A stretch of DNA of 62,725 nt, filler included, from Nemertoderma westbladi (GCA_032718475.1; 3 parts of 3 records of this genome joined end to end with filler, not necessarily neighbours in it), one strand, 5' to 3'; counted from the first letter of the whole stretch, positions 12,730-26,809 are shown. Numbers and translations: made by a program. Notes: generated by a model from the sequence alone, not told the origin.

Positions 12730-14444
12730 ACTAAAAACACAACTACAGTTCAGTTAAATTAAATTACAATCATGACATAGGCTTACAGTAAATGGTAGGC
12801 CTACTGTATTTACCTTTAATAAGAAAACAAGATAATAATTAAACTTAAATAGTAAAAATATCGAGAGTAAAAATAATATATACAGTGTGGAAAATGCATA
12901 TTTATGGTAGCTACTGTAGTGTTTTTACAAAAACAATGTTTAGGCCTATTTTAGTTTCGATGGTACTACAAAATGTAGCTATTGTTTTCGTTGGTCAGTT
13001 GGTAGCTACAGTATAATGTTTCATTCCAAAAATTATAGCTATTTTTACTCTCGATATTATATTTTTACTCTCGATATTCTTACTCTCGATATTTTTCAAC
13101 ACTCGATCTGTCGATATTTTTACGTGCGATATTTTTCGTGTCTCAATATTTTTCAATATAACCAACCACACCATCAGGCCATAGACCATAGATGATAGAC
13201 CTAGTAGGCCTACCTAGTAGTAGGTACTGTCCGACTGTCAAAGTAAGTAATCCTTTTCTGTAATCTGAAGTGCTAAAAAGGTGAGTGTGTTCGGGTATAA
13301 CTTTTGCGTAGAGGTATAGCCTACATAGAGGCTACATGTAGGTATGTGTAGCCTACATGTAGATGCACGTGTAGGGTGAATGTAGGTAGGTGTAGGTAGG
13401 TCTTTAAAAACAACAATGATGAATGAATAGGCCTACACGGGGTACCCGGACCCGAACTTCCTCGATGAGATGCGAATGCGGCGAATGGGGGTGGTACCCG
13501 GAACAACCACGAAGAGATGCGCATATGGCGGGCGGTGGTACCCGAGACAACCAGGAGGAGATGCGAATACGTCGAATGGGGGTCCCCTGAATACCCACGA
13601 GACGGAGCCTATCAATACTACAGTACTGACAAAGGAAAAAACGACTGAACGATATACCGATACATACTGTAGATCTTATGATCCTGCGGGTTCAGGCATG
13701 GAGGCTAATGACTTTGTATGGGCCGAACGGCCCGAACCTGATGTTTCCAGTCAAGGAGGAATCGACTAACGGTTAGGGTTAGAGCTCGTCGTCGGTGTCC
13801 ATAAGGGTCTGAGGATGAGTGGGTGATTCAACAAAAAGCTAACAATGATACCGGACTGACTGATTGAACCAGAGTGGCGATGGTAGTCGCTGATGTATAT
13901 ATATTATATATATCATGTACCGGGTATTGATTGTTAGTAGATATTTTTTTATAGTATTTGTTTATTAAATTGTCTTCAATGTCTATATTGATAATATTGT
14001 GTGCTGTGCTGATTTTACTTATTTTTCATTTTATACATCTTGCTGTGGCCGTTTTAATCTACTAAACTGCCGTATCAATTTCATGATATTTTAATGGATA
14101 TGCAATTTAACTTCTTCTTTCTATTAACTTTCAATGCAATCAGATATAACTGTAAAGCTATTGACTTTCGTGTTATTGTTTTGCTGTTACTTCGAGATGG
14201 GATTTGATGGGATTTCAGTCAGTCAGTTGTTATACTGTTATACCTCTCCGTACTGCTGTACTGTAGGCCTAGTTGTTACTCTCTGACTTTGATTTAGCAA
14301 TACAAGAATACAGCTCTGCAGCTATTTCTATATTTCAGTAGGCCTATATCTGTATATCTGTCAGTCTGTATATGTATATATCATATAACTGTATAAACTG
14401 TAAACTCTGAACACTGAATTAAACCAGAATTCCGTTCTGCCGTT

Positions 14445-14918
14445 ATGCCTTCTCGTCAACAAAGTGAGTCGTTCCACCTGGAGGACCTTCCTAAGGGTTG
14501 GAACTTCTACGTCCAACGGGACGGCCGGATATTCTTTACGAACGAGAAGGACCGCTACACTACGTGGATGCATCCCCGTTCCGGGAAGGCTATGGCCACG
14601 GGGTTCACCCAACGCCAGGACCTCCCGATCGGTTGGGAGGAAGGCATCACCAGAGAAGGCGCGTGTTACTTCATCAATCACCACGAGCAGCTGACCACGT
14701 TCAGACATCCGTTGACCGGACATATAGTCGCGGACTCCAACGTCTACAGACTCAACGAGCCGGGACTCTCCGAAGCGACTATGAACCGACGCCACACCCC
14801 GCGGGAAGAGAGACCCCCGTTGCAGGAAAAGAATCTAGCAAACTCTACGAGAAATGCCAAGGAAATATTCCATAAAGGATGGATCTTTAAGCAGAGCACC
14901 AATTACAACAATGAGCAT
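14445..14918 (+). CDS. PLEKHA7: PLEKHA5/PLEKHA7-family (WW-WW-PH) protein, coding exon 1: two WW domains plus PH strand 1
   Basis: LPKGW...GRIFFTN...TTWMHP and LPIGWEEG...YFINH...TTFRHP WW domains, then HKGWIFKQ. Donor CAT|GTGAGT at 14918/14919 (phase 0). In-frame TGA upstream at 14415. Symbol denotes the family (PLEKHA5/6/7), not strict orthology. Confidence 0.9.
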
Positions 14919-15215
14919 GTGAGTTTCTTCTTATTTCTGTATTTAAGTCATGGGAGCGTGAAAGAAGGGGTAGTCTGGTAGTGGTGGCAGCTATTTACTT
15001 ACCTATGAAAGCCTAATATTTAATAATTAAATGTATGTGCTCTTTGATTTTTATAAAATACCGGTATTTAATTATAATTTTAATGATAATAGGCCTACTG
15101 TAATAGCGCATAAGGAAACTATTACTTATAAAGCTCGTACAGACGCAGATACTAACCACTATATATATATATATTATAGTGTCATAAATATTATATATAC
15201 TATATATATATATAT

Positions 15216-16106
15216 GTCCATCGTTGTCCTCATTGGGCCACTAACCACAAAAGTACCATAAATACAAATACATAAACCATAACTCACATTGTTCTCTAGC
15301 ATATTATTATCATTCATATGTATATATTTATAGTTTGGACCGGTTTTATTTTAAATTTTATTGAGAAATAAAAGTTTTATTACCCCGAAGAGGGGTGTAG
15401 TTTTAAAAAAATAATAAAGCTCGTACGCGTACCCGTACGCCGTACAAACTATAAAATTATGTAAACTGGATGGCATTAGTATACACCATGTCTCAGAATA
15501 TAGTGTCGTAATTCAGTGTCACGCCCCCCCCCCCCCCCCCTAATTTTTCTACAAATTGTAATGAGATTGCATGAAATTTGAAACAGAGATAGTTTCACCT
15601 CCCGGTCAACTGGGTGAGCCAGAATTTTTATTTTTGCTTTCAATCTATAGCTACAAGCGTCCATCGTTGTCCTCATTGGGCCACTAACCACAAAAGTACC
15701 ATAAATACAAATACATAAACCATAACTCACATTGTTCTCTAGCATATTATTATCATTCATATGTATATATTTATAGTTTGGACCGGTTTTATTTTAAATT
15801 TTATTGAGAAATAAAAGTTTTATTACCCCGAAGAGGGGTGTAGTTTTAAAAAAAAAATAAACCTCGTACGCGTACCCGTACGCCGTACAAACTATAAAAT
15901 TATGTAAACTGGATGGCATTAGTATACACCATGTCTCAGAATATAGTGTCGTAATTCAGTGTCACGCCCCCCCCCCCCCCCCCCCCTAATTTTTCTACAA
16001 ATTGTAATGAGATTGCATGAAATTTGAAACAGAGATAGTTTCACCTCCCGGTCAACTGGGTGAGCCAGAATTTTTATTTTTGCTTTCAATCTATAGCTAC
16101 AAGCGT
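15216..16106. repeat. Recent ~443-bp tandem duplication in intron 1, including the left end of a MITE
   Basis: 15216-15658 is nearly identical to 15659-16106, differing mainly in homopolymer lengths. Confidence 0.9.
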
Positions 16107-17699
16107 TTAAAAAAAGTGTCTCCAGCGATATTACACCAGTTACACCGCAGTTATTCTTCTACCTTATATAGGCCTATAGCTGTTTGTTGGTACCAAACCA
16201 ATGGAAAGCTGGCCATGCAAGGATTCCAAATACTGAAATATGTAACACAATTTGAATTTCGTTGAAAAATAGCTGATATATGAGCGTTCAAATGTTGCAT
16301 GGTTCTGCAACGACGCGAGGCTATTTTATTCTATTAATAAATAAACCATATTCTGGAACATTTTTTAAATGTATGAATAGCTACGTAATAGTATGATTAA
16401 AGATGTAATGCATTGTTGCCCAGCTACGTATTTGGATAAACAAAATATTCCAGAATATGATATGAAATAAAAACCTTCAGCGAATAAAACTGTAATAATC
16501 ACTTCTGCCTTATCCTTCAGCAAATTAACCTAATATAATAATCTCGGCCTGCGGCCTCGGTAATTATACAGGTTAATTTGCTTCTGGAACGGCATCAGTG
16601 ACTATTCTGTGATATTCGCTTCAGGTTATTATTTCCGTATATTAACTCTAGAACATTGCAATATTGTATGTATATTGCATATGGGACATTATTGCATAGA
16701 GTAAATGACATTGCAAAATTTACTAAAAGTAAAGGTGACAACAGTAAAAGCATATAAATAGCATTAATAAATATATATATAACTCCTGCTCTATCTCCTG
16801 ATATCCAACTTGGCTCGAGAACATCCCTCTCAACATCTCGATCATGGTAATTACGAAAAGTCTTAGTACCAGGCATGTGCTTGTAAAATCTGTCCATGCT
16901 TGGATGGAATAGGCTACAATTCAAAGATATATACCAGATACCTGCAGTTTATGAGTCTTGTTGTTTATAGCTTTATTTATACAAGGTCTAAATTATCAAA
17001 TGTAGCAAAATTAGAAGCCCATTCTAGTCCTGAACCAAAGCATACCTGCTTGGCAAACCAAGGCATTCATGCTACCGGTACATGAGAATAAATACAGTAA
17101 ACACACCAAAGGATATTTGACAATGATGTAATGTTCCACTTCACCCCTTTTTCTGTTTCACTTGACCTCAGTTTAGAAAACATAGGCCTACGTTTTAATA
17201 GATTTTATTTGGTAATTAAAGGTTCCCACTATGTAAAAATCAAAGCAGTATAACATATGGTCATGTAAAAATACAAAGCATTGTCATCAGGTTACATATT
17301 TGGTTGTACCAGATGTAATTTTCAGAACTAAAATTGTAATTAACTTGCATATAGTTTTCATACTATATATTGTTTCCATGTAATTCTAGGTGTCCCCTTT
17401 CCTGATTAAATATTACGTTGATATATAGTTACTTTATTATTGGTAATAATCAATTTAATGATGCTGATGGGAGTATTTTTGTAATCAATTACCAAAACAA
17501 AAAATTATTTTGTTTCACTCCACCATGCATGTTTTACTTCACCCCCGATGACGGTACTGGTAGTGATAAAAAATCATAATTTAAAAATTTAAAATTAAAT
17601 TGACCAACTTTTTCTTGTGAAAATGTATTTTATTATGACGTTTTTTGTTCTAGAACAACTATTTGGCCATCTGACAAAAAGATGGTGTGTAGCTAGTAC

Positions 17700-17960
<261 letters not shown>

Positions 17961-18490
17961 TTATGTTAGCTAGTACTCTTTATTCGCTAGTAAAAAAAAT
18001 AAAAATGTAATTTAATCCTCAAATTTATTTGTCAATGATAAGAATAAGAAATATGAAATAAATAAGCATTACAATAAGAAATGAATTAAAATTGAAATAA
18101 ATTAAAATTTATTTTATTTATGTAACCATAGCAACAAAAATATATAATTCTAGAATAAAATTGATAATACAAAGCCAATTTGGGCATAGATAACTATAGT
18201 AATGCCAAACTGGATATGTACAAAATCGTACTGTACCAGTACCTACCTATGCACATGTAAATGTACACATTATCAATTAACAGTAATATAAACCGAATGA
18301 ATTCAACTGAACTGTACACATTATCCGATTATAAATAAAGTCAAAACTGTATGCTAAAAAAAGCAGCATGTTGTTCGAATTAAAATGGTGCGTACGTTGG
18401 AGATTATGGACTTAGACAAATACAATAAAATGCTCGGTTGGCAAAAAATTATAAAAAGCTATATTGTCTTTTTCTCGAATGTATGTTGGC

Positions 18491-18762
18491 CGTAGTCCCA
18501 AGGTCCCGTAGTCCCGTAGTCCCGCAGTCCCGTAGTCCCGTGGTCCCGTAGTCCCGTGGTCCCGTGGTCCCGTAGTCCCGTGGTCCCGTAGTCCCGTGGT
18601 CCCGTGGTCCCGTAGTCCCGTGGTCCCGTGGTCCCGTAGTCCCGTGGTCCCGTGGTCCCGTAGTCCCGTAGTCCCGTAGTCCCGTGGTCCCGTGGTCCCG
18701 TAGTCCCGTGGTCCCGTAGTCCCGTGGTCCCGTAGTCCCGTAGTCCCGTGGTCCCGTAGTCC
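18491..18762. repeat. 8-bp tandem repeat (GTCCCGTR)n, about 34 units
   Basis: Interspersed gtcccgta and gtcccgtg units. Confidence 0.95.
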
Positions 18763-19371
18763 CTATATTATTATGTGTAAATTTATGTCAGGAATGTCAA
18801 GTCAATAAACTAAAAACTATTTTTTTTCGCCCAAATAAGTTCATTACGAATAGCGGTACCGGTACCGGTACCGGTAATACTTATTTACACTGATAATTTT
18901 CACATTTCACCAAAAAGTTGTGCTTTACTGCATATTACTGTAGTTTCAATGACATATAGATAATTAATGTGATACACATTAATATATACTGTTATGTAAT
19001 CATTATAATTCAACAATCCTAATATTTTCTTTCATCTCATAAACTTACAGTACAGCATTGGGAATGATTTAAACCTATAAATAGCGAAATATTGATTAGG
19101 ATTTGTGACGAAGTGACTTCTAATTTGTAGCGAAATTGCTTTGAGTTACAGTCACTTCGACACACAATTTCTTTGTCGAATGGTCAGTTTTGCACTGTTG
19201 TTTTGTTTGTCACCAGTTTTTGCATACGGTAATTAGTACGGTAGGGCCTATCTACCTACAGAACCTTGGGTAAGGAATGGTAACCAAACCGTGTAATCTT
19301 AAATTCTTATTGTCGTGTTCGTAAAGGAAGTTTGTATTCCTGCAACCAATCACGTTATCGTCCTATTGTAG

Positions 19372-19919
19372 GTGTGGAAGTCTCGTTACTTTGTGCTCCA
19401 GAACTGCGCCCTCTTCTACTACCGGAACCCCGAGGACTCCAACATTCTCGGTTCCGTCATTCTCACCGACTATAAGATAAAACCCGCGGACGCGCGGCTC
19501 GTAGGGAAGGACCACGCCTTCCGCGCCGACAACCCTGGACTCAAGAGTTTCGTCTTCGCAGCGGAAACCGAGGCCGAAAAGGATCTCTGGATGAACAAAA
19601 TGAATCAGGGCAGTAAGTCGGCGCCGAGTCGGGTTGCCAATGGTGAGAACGCGGAGCCGACGGGGTCGTTGGGGAGGCTGGATCGCGAGGACCGGAAGTC
19701 GGGACGTGTGGAGGGTCGACGAGAGAGACGGAGCACGCGGGAGACCACGACGAAGTCGTCGTTCGTGACCACGGAGCAGCGCAGGGAGACGGACGAGGAG
19801 AGACTGGCGAGGAAACTGTCTCCCAGCAACCAGCAGAGGGGTTCGTTACCTGGGAATGCCCGTGGGTCTGGGAGCAGGGCACCCCCGGTCGCCAGGAGTC
19901 AAAGTCTAGGGGGAAACAG
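19372..19919 (+). CDS. PLEKHA7: PLEKHA5/7-family exon 2: PH domain body plus Arg/Ser-rich linker
   Basis: Acceptor tcctattgtag|GTG (phase 0) gives NNEH|VWKSRYFVLQNCALFYY...FVFAAETEAEKDLWMNKM. Donor CAG|GTGGGT at 19919/19920 (phase 2). Confidence 0.9.
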
Positions 19920-20272
19920 GTGGGTTTATTGGTTGGATAGAATAGGACGAAACTTCAATTCTAAGCACAACCGTTTGTTATGTTCATTAGAATGTGTGTG
20001 TTTGGGGGGGTGGATGTGTGTTTGGGGGGGGGGGTGTGTGTGTTTGGGGGGGGTGTTTAATGGTGGCGTTTGGAGCGATTGGGAATAGAAATGACAACGC
20101 GACAAGCAATAACTAAATAACCCCCTAATCTTATTTTAATTTAATTGTGTCCACGCCCTCTAAATCGAGAATAATGAATGACAACAGCAGTGGGTTGGTC
20201 ACATTTGGGAACTGCAAACTGAAACATGCAGTTGGCATGGCAATGGACTCGATCATAACAAATAACCTTTAA

Positions 20273-23161
20273 CACGTTAGCTGCGGATTGAACACCGGTG
20301 CGCATTTCAAACATTCCCGCTGATACCGCGGACCCATAAACAGCCAATCGGATAGAAAATGCGGTTTGAGCACCGGCAGACATCCCACTGCTGCGTTTTT
20401 TAACTCAATGCGTTTTTTCTCACAGCTTGCGTTAAAACCACCTTTTTTCCGAAAACTATCCAATTCTGCGTTTTTTTCTTGAAATGTAGAGGATATTTGT
20501 AAATAAACTCCACATATTCCAAATTTGTTAAAACTTAAAAGTTTTGTAAGAAGTAAGTAGCCCGTCTCTAAAGCTCCAATTTAACACTAAGTAGTTAATG
20601 AGTAACTACTTAGTGATTGAACAGTATCCTAGAAACGCTCTGAATCAGCAAAATGCCGTATAGTCAAACATTTGACAGTGTCGTGTTGTCTGCAGTGTAC
20701 AGGGCTGTCTCCAGGAAACGGCAAATTACGTTTAGAAAAACTAAATAAAGAAGAATAACATGCCGACGCAATGCATGAGGCTACTGACAGCTCCTATTGG
20801 CATCTGCCAAAATTAAGAAAAAATTTCTGCTGATAAAACGAAAAAACGTCTCCTCAAAGTCTGGGATTACAAAACGAAAAGAATCCGAGGGACAAAATAA
20901 AATGAAAATAACATTAAAACTTAAATAAATTAACTTAACAATTAAAATAAATTAAGGTAACGAATCGAATCTACTGTAACTATTTTTTATATGAGTGCAC
21001 ATTGAATTATGTAATTGAAACTTCTGAAATTTCAGAATCACCATCGCCTGTCACCAGCTAATCAAATTACAATAAGAAATGTAAACAAAAAGAAAACAAA
21101 GACTAAATTAAATTTAATGAACTAAAAAAAATATTAAACGAAAACTAAATTGAGAAAACGAAACAAAAATTATTCAACGAAATCAAAAAGGTTTTCGTTT
21201 CTTTTATTTCGTTTTTCTATCCCTTCTCAAAAGTAGCAGCCAAGAAATCGCGAATTGTATAGCGTTTATATTAGCCCATAATGGTAGGTAATATATTACA
21301 AATTTTTGAATTAATGTCGTTGAATGTGGTGTTTCTTCTTTGAATTGATGATTAATAATTTATAAATCGTTTTCGACGAGTGTGGGTGGGGGAGGGGGGG
21401 ATTTCGATGTTGCGTTTTTTTGTAGTTGGCTGCGTTATTTTTGTTTTATTTGGGACATTCGTTGTGCAGTCCTGAAATACGGATGTAAAATATAGTGCTT
21501 TCCTATAGTGCGGATGCGGATGTGTATAGTGACGTAATGAGTCATTTTTGATAAAAACTGACATCATATCTGGTTTCCATGGCGTCAACTTATGTCACAT
21601 ATGATTTTTTTGGTATCAGCACCGGTGCGCATTTCGCACTACGACAATAGGATATAACTGTAAAGAGGAATGCGCACCGGTGCTCAAAGCAGCCCAGTTT
21701 GTGTCAAAAGTTGTTATGAGCACCGGAGCTCAAATAGGAGGTCATTTCAGGGTTTTAAGGGGAATTTTAAATTATCAGGTGTAATTAATATACACTAATC
21801 TGTTATCTAATCAAAACTTATATATCTTCTTTTCTAATATAATAATAATGTAATAAAACAAGCAGACATGTCAATATGTACCGCAATGAAAATCTTCGCA
21901 ATGAAAATACAGCCAATGGTATCATATGGTCTTGTAGAGATCGGTTGCTTCTTTACAGTTTTGCACACATGAAAGAACTGGATAAAATCAAATCAAAGTT
22001 TATTAAAAGGGTGCTCTCCCTACCATCCAACTCATCGACAACCATGGCCATTAAAGCTATAGGAGAAAAAACATTCATTGAAGATCTCCTTATCGTAAAC
22101 CCCTCGCTATTCAACCCTACAGCATTAGACCAATATCGCTCTTACCGAACCGAACGCACAGAAAACTTCAACCGGCAGGGTTACACAAGGGGCCCAGCCT
22201 TCACAACTTCGAGTTGGAAATCCTCACAGCAGAGAAACCGGCACACTGTCACCAGGGCAACCGCCCATGGGTTTCACTACCTCATCTGCTTGACCTGCAC
22301 CCCTTTCCACGAGCTGTCATCGCAATGTATTTGTAAATATTGTAAGAACTCAGCCTTGGACAGATACCACGCTCTCAACTGCGATTGCTGCCCCTCTCTG
22401 ACAGAACTGGCCAGCCACCCATATCACTAAAAGAAAATTGGTTCACCACAGCCATGAGACTTTGATATTCGTACTGAATCGTATTTCATTCCAACTAATT
22501 GTAAAATTTTTTAATTAATTTTAAACTTATTGCTCCACCTGTATATTGCTATTTTTAACAATTTTAAAAGAATAAACCTTTTACCCCGTTTAGGGGTGCA
22601 CCTTGTTTTAAAAAAAAAAAAAAACAAGCAGACAAATGAAGAGCAGAGCCAGACATCTAGATAATCGCATAGTTTATAGTCATATTTGCGGTGACACAGG
22701 CATTTCAAAAAAAAAGGACAGTACAAATGTAGCCAGATATATAGCGTTTTAGCTGTAATGGACATACAAACAGTGGACAAACGGACAGTTCAAATGTCCG
22801 AAGAAAGAAAGTAGTCTAGTTGCATTGATCTAGAAATTCGAAAGTAACAAATCAAAATCGGATCCAAAACCAAAGCTCATCTAAAACCCAAAGCGATCTC
22901 CTATATAAATTGGACTATTTTGCAATACAACATTAGTGGATAACTATAGACTGGGAGCTGAGGCATAACATGATGGCAAAGCCGAAATGGGAAACAATTA
23001 ATATCAATTATTAAAATGAAGTCAACAAAATAGCACCGGTGCCAAACCTAAACCAAGGAATTTATGTTCGCACAAGCAGTAATAAGGTACCATACAATGC
23101 GCACCGTTGCACATATCGCATTGGCGGCCCTACACATAGTTTTGCTCCCGCGCTTAACGTG
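20273..23161. mobile_element. piggyBac-like non-autonomous element in intron 2
   Basis: TTAA at 20269-72 and 23162-65. Imperfect TIR CACGTTAgctGCGG / CACGTTAagcGCGG. Internal caccggtgc repeats. Confidence 0.6.
21950..22450 (+). mobile_element. 5'-truncated LINE 3' fragment nested in the piggyBac-like element
   Basis: LDKIKSKFIKRVLSLP...TAHGFHYLIC...CICKYC...HALNC resembles the C-terminus of the LINE at 1290-2860. Confidence 0.6.
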
Positions 23162-23248
23162 TTAATACAAATAGGACTGTTTGTTGTTTTCTTCCAATTT
23201 TAATTTGTTTTACATACCGGTATTATAATTGTTTATTTTGTTTCATAG

Positions 23249-24651
23249 ATTGCCTCCGACGTTTGATGGAGACGATGATGACGTCATCGCCGACAGCGCC
23301 CAAGCAGTGCGATCTGCTGCCCCGCCCCGCGACCGCCCACCTACGAAACGCTCCGCATCGGAGCGAGGCGAGAGAACTGATAGAGCCGAGAGATCCCATA
23401 GGACGGAGCGAAGCGAGAGAACCCACAGAACCGAGGTGCGGAATCTCGAATCATCTCGATCTTCCCGCTACGCAGACGAATACGAAGATGATGATGTAGT
23501 TGGTGGATCGGCTCCAGTAAGATCACGTCCGCCAGCAAATTCTAGACCCCCGAAACAGAACCACAGACACCCAATTGATGATGAAGATGATGATGTAGTT
23601 GGTGGATCGGCTCCAGTAAGATCACTTCCGCCAGTAAATTCTAGACCCCCGAAACAGAACCACAGACACCCAATTGATGATGAAGATGATGATGTAGTTG
23701 GTGGATCGGCTCCAGTAAGATCACGTCCGCCAGCAAATTCTAGACCCCCGAAACAGAACCACAGACACCCAATTGATGATGAAGATGATGATGTAGTTGG
23801 TGGATCATCAGCTGTTCGCGCGCCCCCTGCGCGACCAGTCAAGTCGTCGTCTCCGCGCGAACCGCGTCAGCCTAAACGGCCGATTAACTCCAACGTCGCC
23901 GCCCACCACGATGAACCCGAACACCCGTACGATTCGTCGTTTGTGGGGAGTTTAAAGAAGTTGCGAATCCCCAAGAAGAAGAATAAGAAGGATAACCGAC
24001 CGGACGGGCAGGAGGAATACATCGCGCAGCTCATGGGGTTGGATAAAGTCTACCCTAAGGTGGAGAAATGGGAAGAAGAGGAGCCCGGGAGGCCGGTACC
24101 GAAAAAGAAGAAGAAGAAGAAGCCTAAGGATGAATGGGATGGAGATGATGATGATGATGAGTTGGACGCGAAGAAGAACGAAGTTAGAGCGGCGATGCAA
24201 CGACCGGATGATACGGATAAGAATGCGACGCTGCCGAATCGGGCGAAAACGGAGCGGAGGCAGGACGATTCTCTTGTTAAAGGAACCGATGTGAGGCGCA
24301 CAAAGAGTCTGAAGGCGTTGGAGGATTGGACTACCGGTAGACGGGATTCTCGCGGCGCTCGTCCCGGCAGCGACACCGACGGTGTGGAACGGTGGTACCG
24401 CGACTACGATTTCGTGCCGCGCGGCCCCGACGAGTTGAAACGGAAACCCGGGGACGATCGGGAGGTTGACGAGGTGTTTAAGGATCTTCTGGTTCCCGAA
24501 ACGCCTGTCGCAGTGCCGCCGCCCGCCAGGAGGTCCGAGGATAAGGTGCGGGTTCGGGATGTGAAGGAGAAGAGAACGAAGATCAGCACAGCCAAGGAGG
24601 ACATCGGCGGGCATCCACTGCGGTTGAGCGTCTCCGCTACGGATCTCTTAG
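23249..24651 (+). CDS. PLEKHA7: PLEKHA5/7-family exon 3: long charged low-complexity region ending LRLSVSATDLLG
   Basis: Acceptor ttttgtttcatag|A completes AG+A=Arg (phase 2 matches exon 2). GC-rich open frame. Likely donor TTAG|GTAAGA at 24651/24652. Confidence 0.8.
23484..23810 (+). repeat. Coding tandem repeat, 99 bp (33 aa) x3.3
   Basis: Units start at 23484, 23583, 23682 and 23781: EDDDVVGGSAPVRSRPPANSRPPKQNHRHPIDD. Confidence 0.95.
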
Positions 24652-24825
24652 GTAAGACTTTTGATGCACTTCAGTATCATTTACAGAGGGGGGGGGGGGG
24701 GGGGGTCTGGGTTGGTGCCCCGACTTTTTAGAATGGGTCTATTTTCTTTTTCTGGTGGTAACAAGCTAAACATAATGGCAAACTTTTAGCACTATTCATT
24801 CAGGTCTAGGTGTAGCAGAATCACC

Positions 24826-25860
24826 CTACTACCACGATACATACTACTACGATCGGCATGCTGCATAGCAGCTGCGTTATATAAATTTGACATATATATA
24901 TATATTAAGAATGCAGTGCCGGCTTGTCGACAAAATTGCGCCGCCACAACTCCCTATCACCCATGACATTTGCTAGATCATCCGCATCTTCAAGGCCAGT
25001 GTCCTTTAAGATGCGTCTCAAGAAAGTCATGGGCAATCCACCATGCTTATTCACTCCATGAGGCCGCCAAAGCACAAGATTATGCACTGGCTGGTCCTCA
25101 CGGCGAAAGCAATGTCCTGCAAAGCGGAGGCGATTTTGTTCTAGTGTCAAGCTTGGGGGAACCAATGAGACACCTCCAATGTTATATAGTGTCTGGTTGG
25201 AGATGTGTGCATTGTACTTTACACAATGAACCCGGCGTAGCATTCTTGTGAATGTGCCATCCATAGATTTGGTGTCCTCAGCAGTTAGAGCCCAGCATGG
25301 ACTCCCGTAGAGGAGTACTGGAACTACTGCTGCTCTAAATAATCGGACCTTAAGGTTCCATTTTATTCTATGGGACCTCCAAATCATGGACAGGCTATTT
25401 AACTTACTGACTAGGCTACTTTAACTGACTAGGCTTCCCCTTACGTATCCACAGGTCTAGACCTGACTTTCAGATCCATGATCCCAAGTAGCAGAAGTCA
25501 ACAACATGCTCAAGCAAGCCGTCCCTAGAGCTTTATGCCCTTACGATCAGACATTCCTTGAGGGCTGTCTAGGTTCACTGTCATGATTTTGGTCTTCTTG
25601 GAGTTACCTAAAAGACCAACACTATAGAAGCAACATGCTCCAATGGGAAGAGGAGCCTTTGTGCTCCCTCTAGTCATCAGCAAAGTCTATATCAGTAAGG
25701 TACTTTGATGGATTTCCTCTACTTCTTGTGCCAGTAGGGGGTGTTACTGTTACCATCACCCCATCTTTATTAAGATGGTCTAAGGACATGCGTAGACCAT
25801 AATCAACCACGATTACGAATAAGAATGGTCACCTTGAATGACTCCCTAAGTTGACACCGG
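24826..25860 (-). mobile_element. 5'-truncated RTE LINE with (GTA)n-like tail
   Basis: Degraded IVVDYGLR...TDIDFADD; ORF 24905-25387 (LFRAAVVPVLLYG...RLRFAGHCFR...DRELWRR); 3' UTR ends gatcgtagtagt...gtagtag. Confidence 0.85.
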
Positions 25861-26703
25861 TCAAACTTTAGGGTGATTCTACTACCTAAACTTCAATCAA
25901 TAGTCAATTATATATTGGGTTGTTACCACAACAAAAAAAAGGTAGGCATCATTTGAAAACTTTTTAATTTTTGGGGGGCACTATATACATAGGTACTGTA
26001 TACATTTTAATTCGGTATCTCTCTAGGGAATTTCTCTAGGGAAATCCGGCAAATATTTGCAAAATCCGGCGATTATTAGCAAAAATAAAACTGTATCATG
26101 TTCTATTGACTTTAGTTTATTAAATTGGTTAGAATAACTAGCAGCCATTGTGACTTGCTTCGTTCCTTTAATTCATAATATCGTTATCAATTCATCGAAA
26201 CGAGATATTAGTATAAGGATTAATTAATTCGTTTTTGAATAAAAGGTAAAATGTAAAAATACTAATATTTTTTTTGTTCAATAAATATAAAAACCTATAA
26301 ATTGTCTATCAATAATCTACACAGTTCGTTTTTAAGTGAATACACATCTCCAGATCAATGTTTTCGGCGCAAAATAAAACCTGTACTGTAGTATATACGT
26401 GGTTTCTGTTGAATCTGATGGTAGTTAGGGTACAGGCCGCACGCAATCTTTGGTTCTGTACATTTCAGAGAGGGGGGGGGGGGGGGGGGGGACTGCGACG
26501 CAATAACAATTCATCCCTCTCCAGGGGAAATTCGACGCAAATACAACAGCTGATTACTCTCAAAAATAAAACTGTAACCTGTTCTGTTGTGCTTAGTTTA
26601 TTGTTTTGGTTAAAATAACGTGTCACTGTAACCTGCCCCTTTCCCTAAATTGAGAATTTAACATTGAGGCGGGATATTAATTCGCCAAGGCGGGATTTAG
26701 CGT

Positions 26704-26803
26704 NNNNNNNNNNNNNNNNNNNNNNNNNNNNNNNNNNNNNNNNNNNNTTAATTAATTAANNNNNNNNNNNNNNNNNNNNNNNNNNNNNNNNNNNNNNNNN
26801 NNN
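26704..26803. other. Artificial scaffold spacer (44N-TTAATTAATTAA-44N)
   Basis: Fixed 100-nt structure with an all-frame stop linker, identical at 45147-45246. Confidence 0.97.
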
Positions 26804-26809
26804 TTCGGT

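Noticed and set aside
23223-24614. Long antisense ORFs over PLEKHA exons (also 14361-14795 and 19541-19882)
   Set aside because: Shadow frames of GC-rich coding exons.
26748-26759. TTAATTAATTAA palindrome inside N runs (also 45191-45202)
   Set aside because: Assembly linker, not biology.
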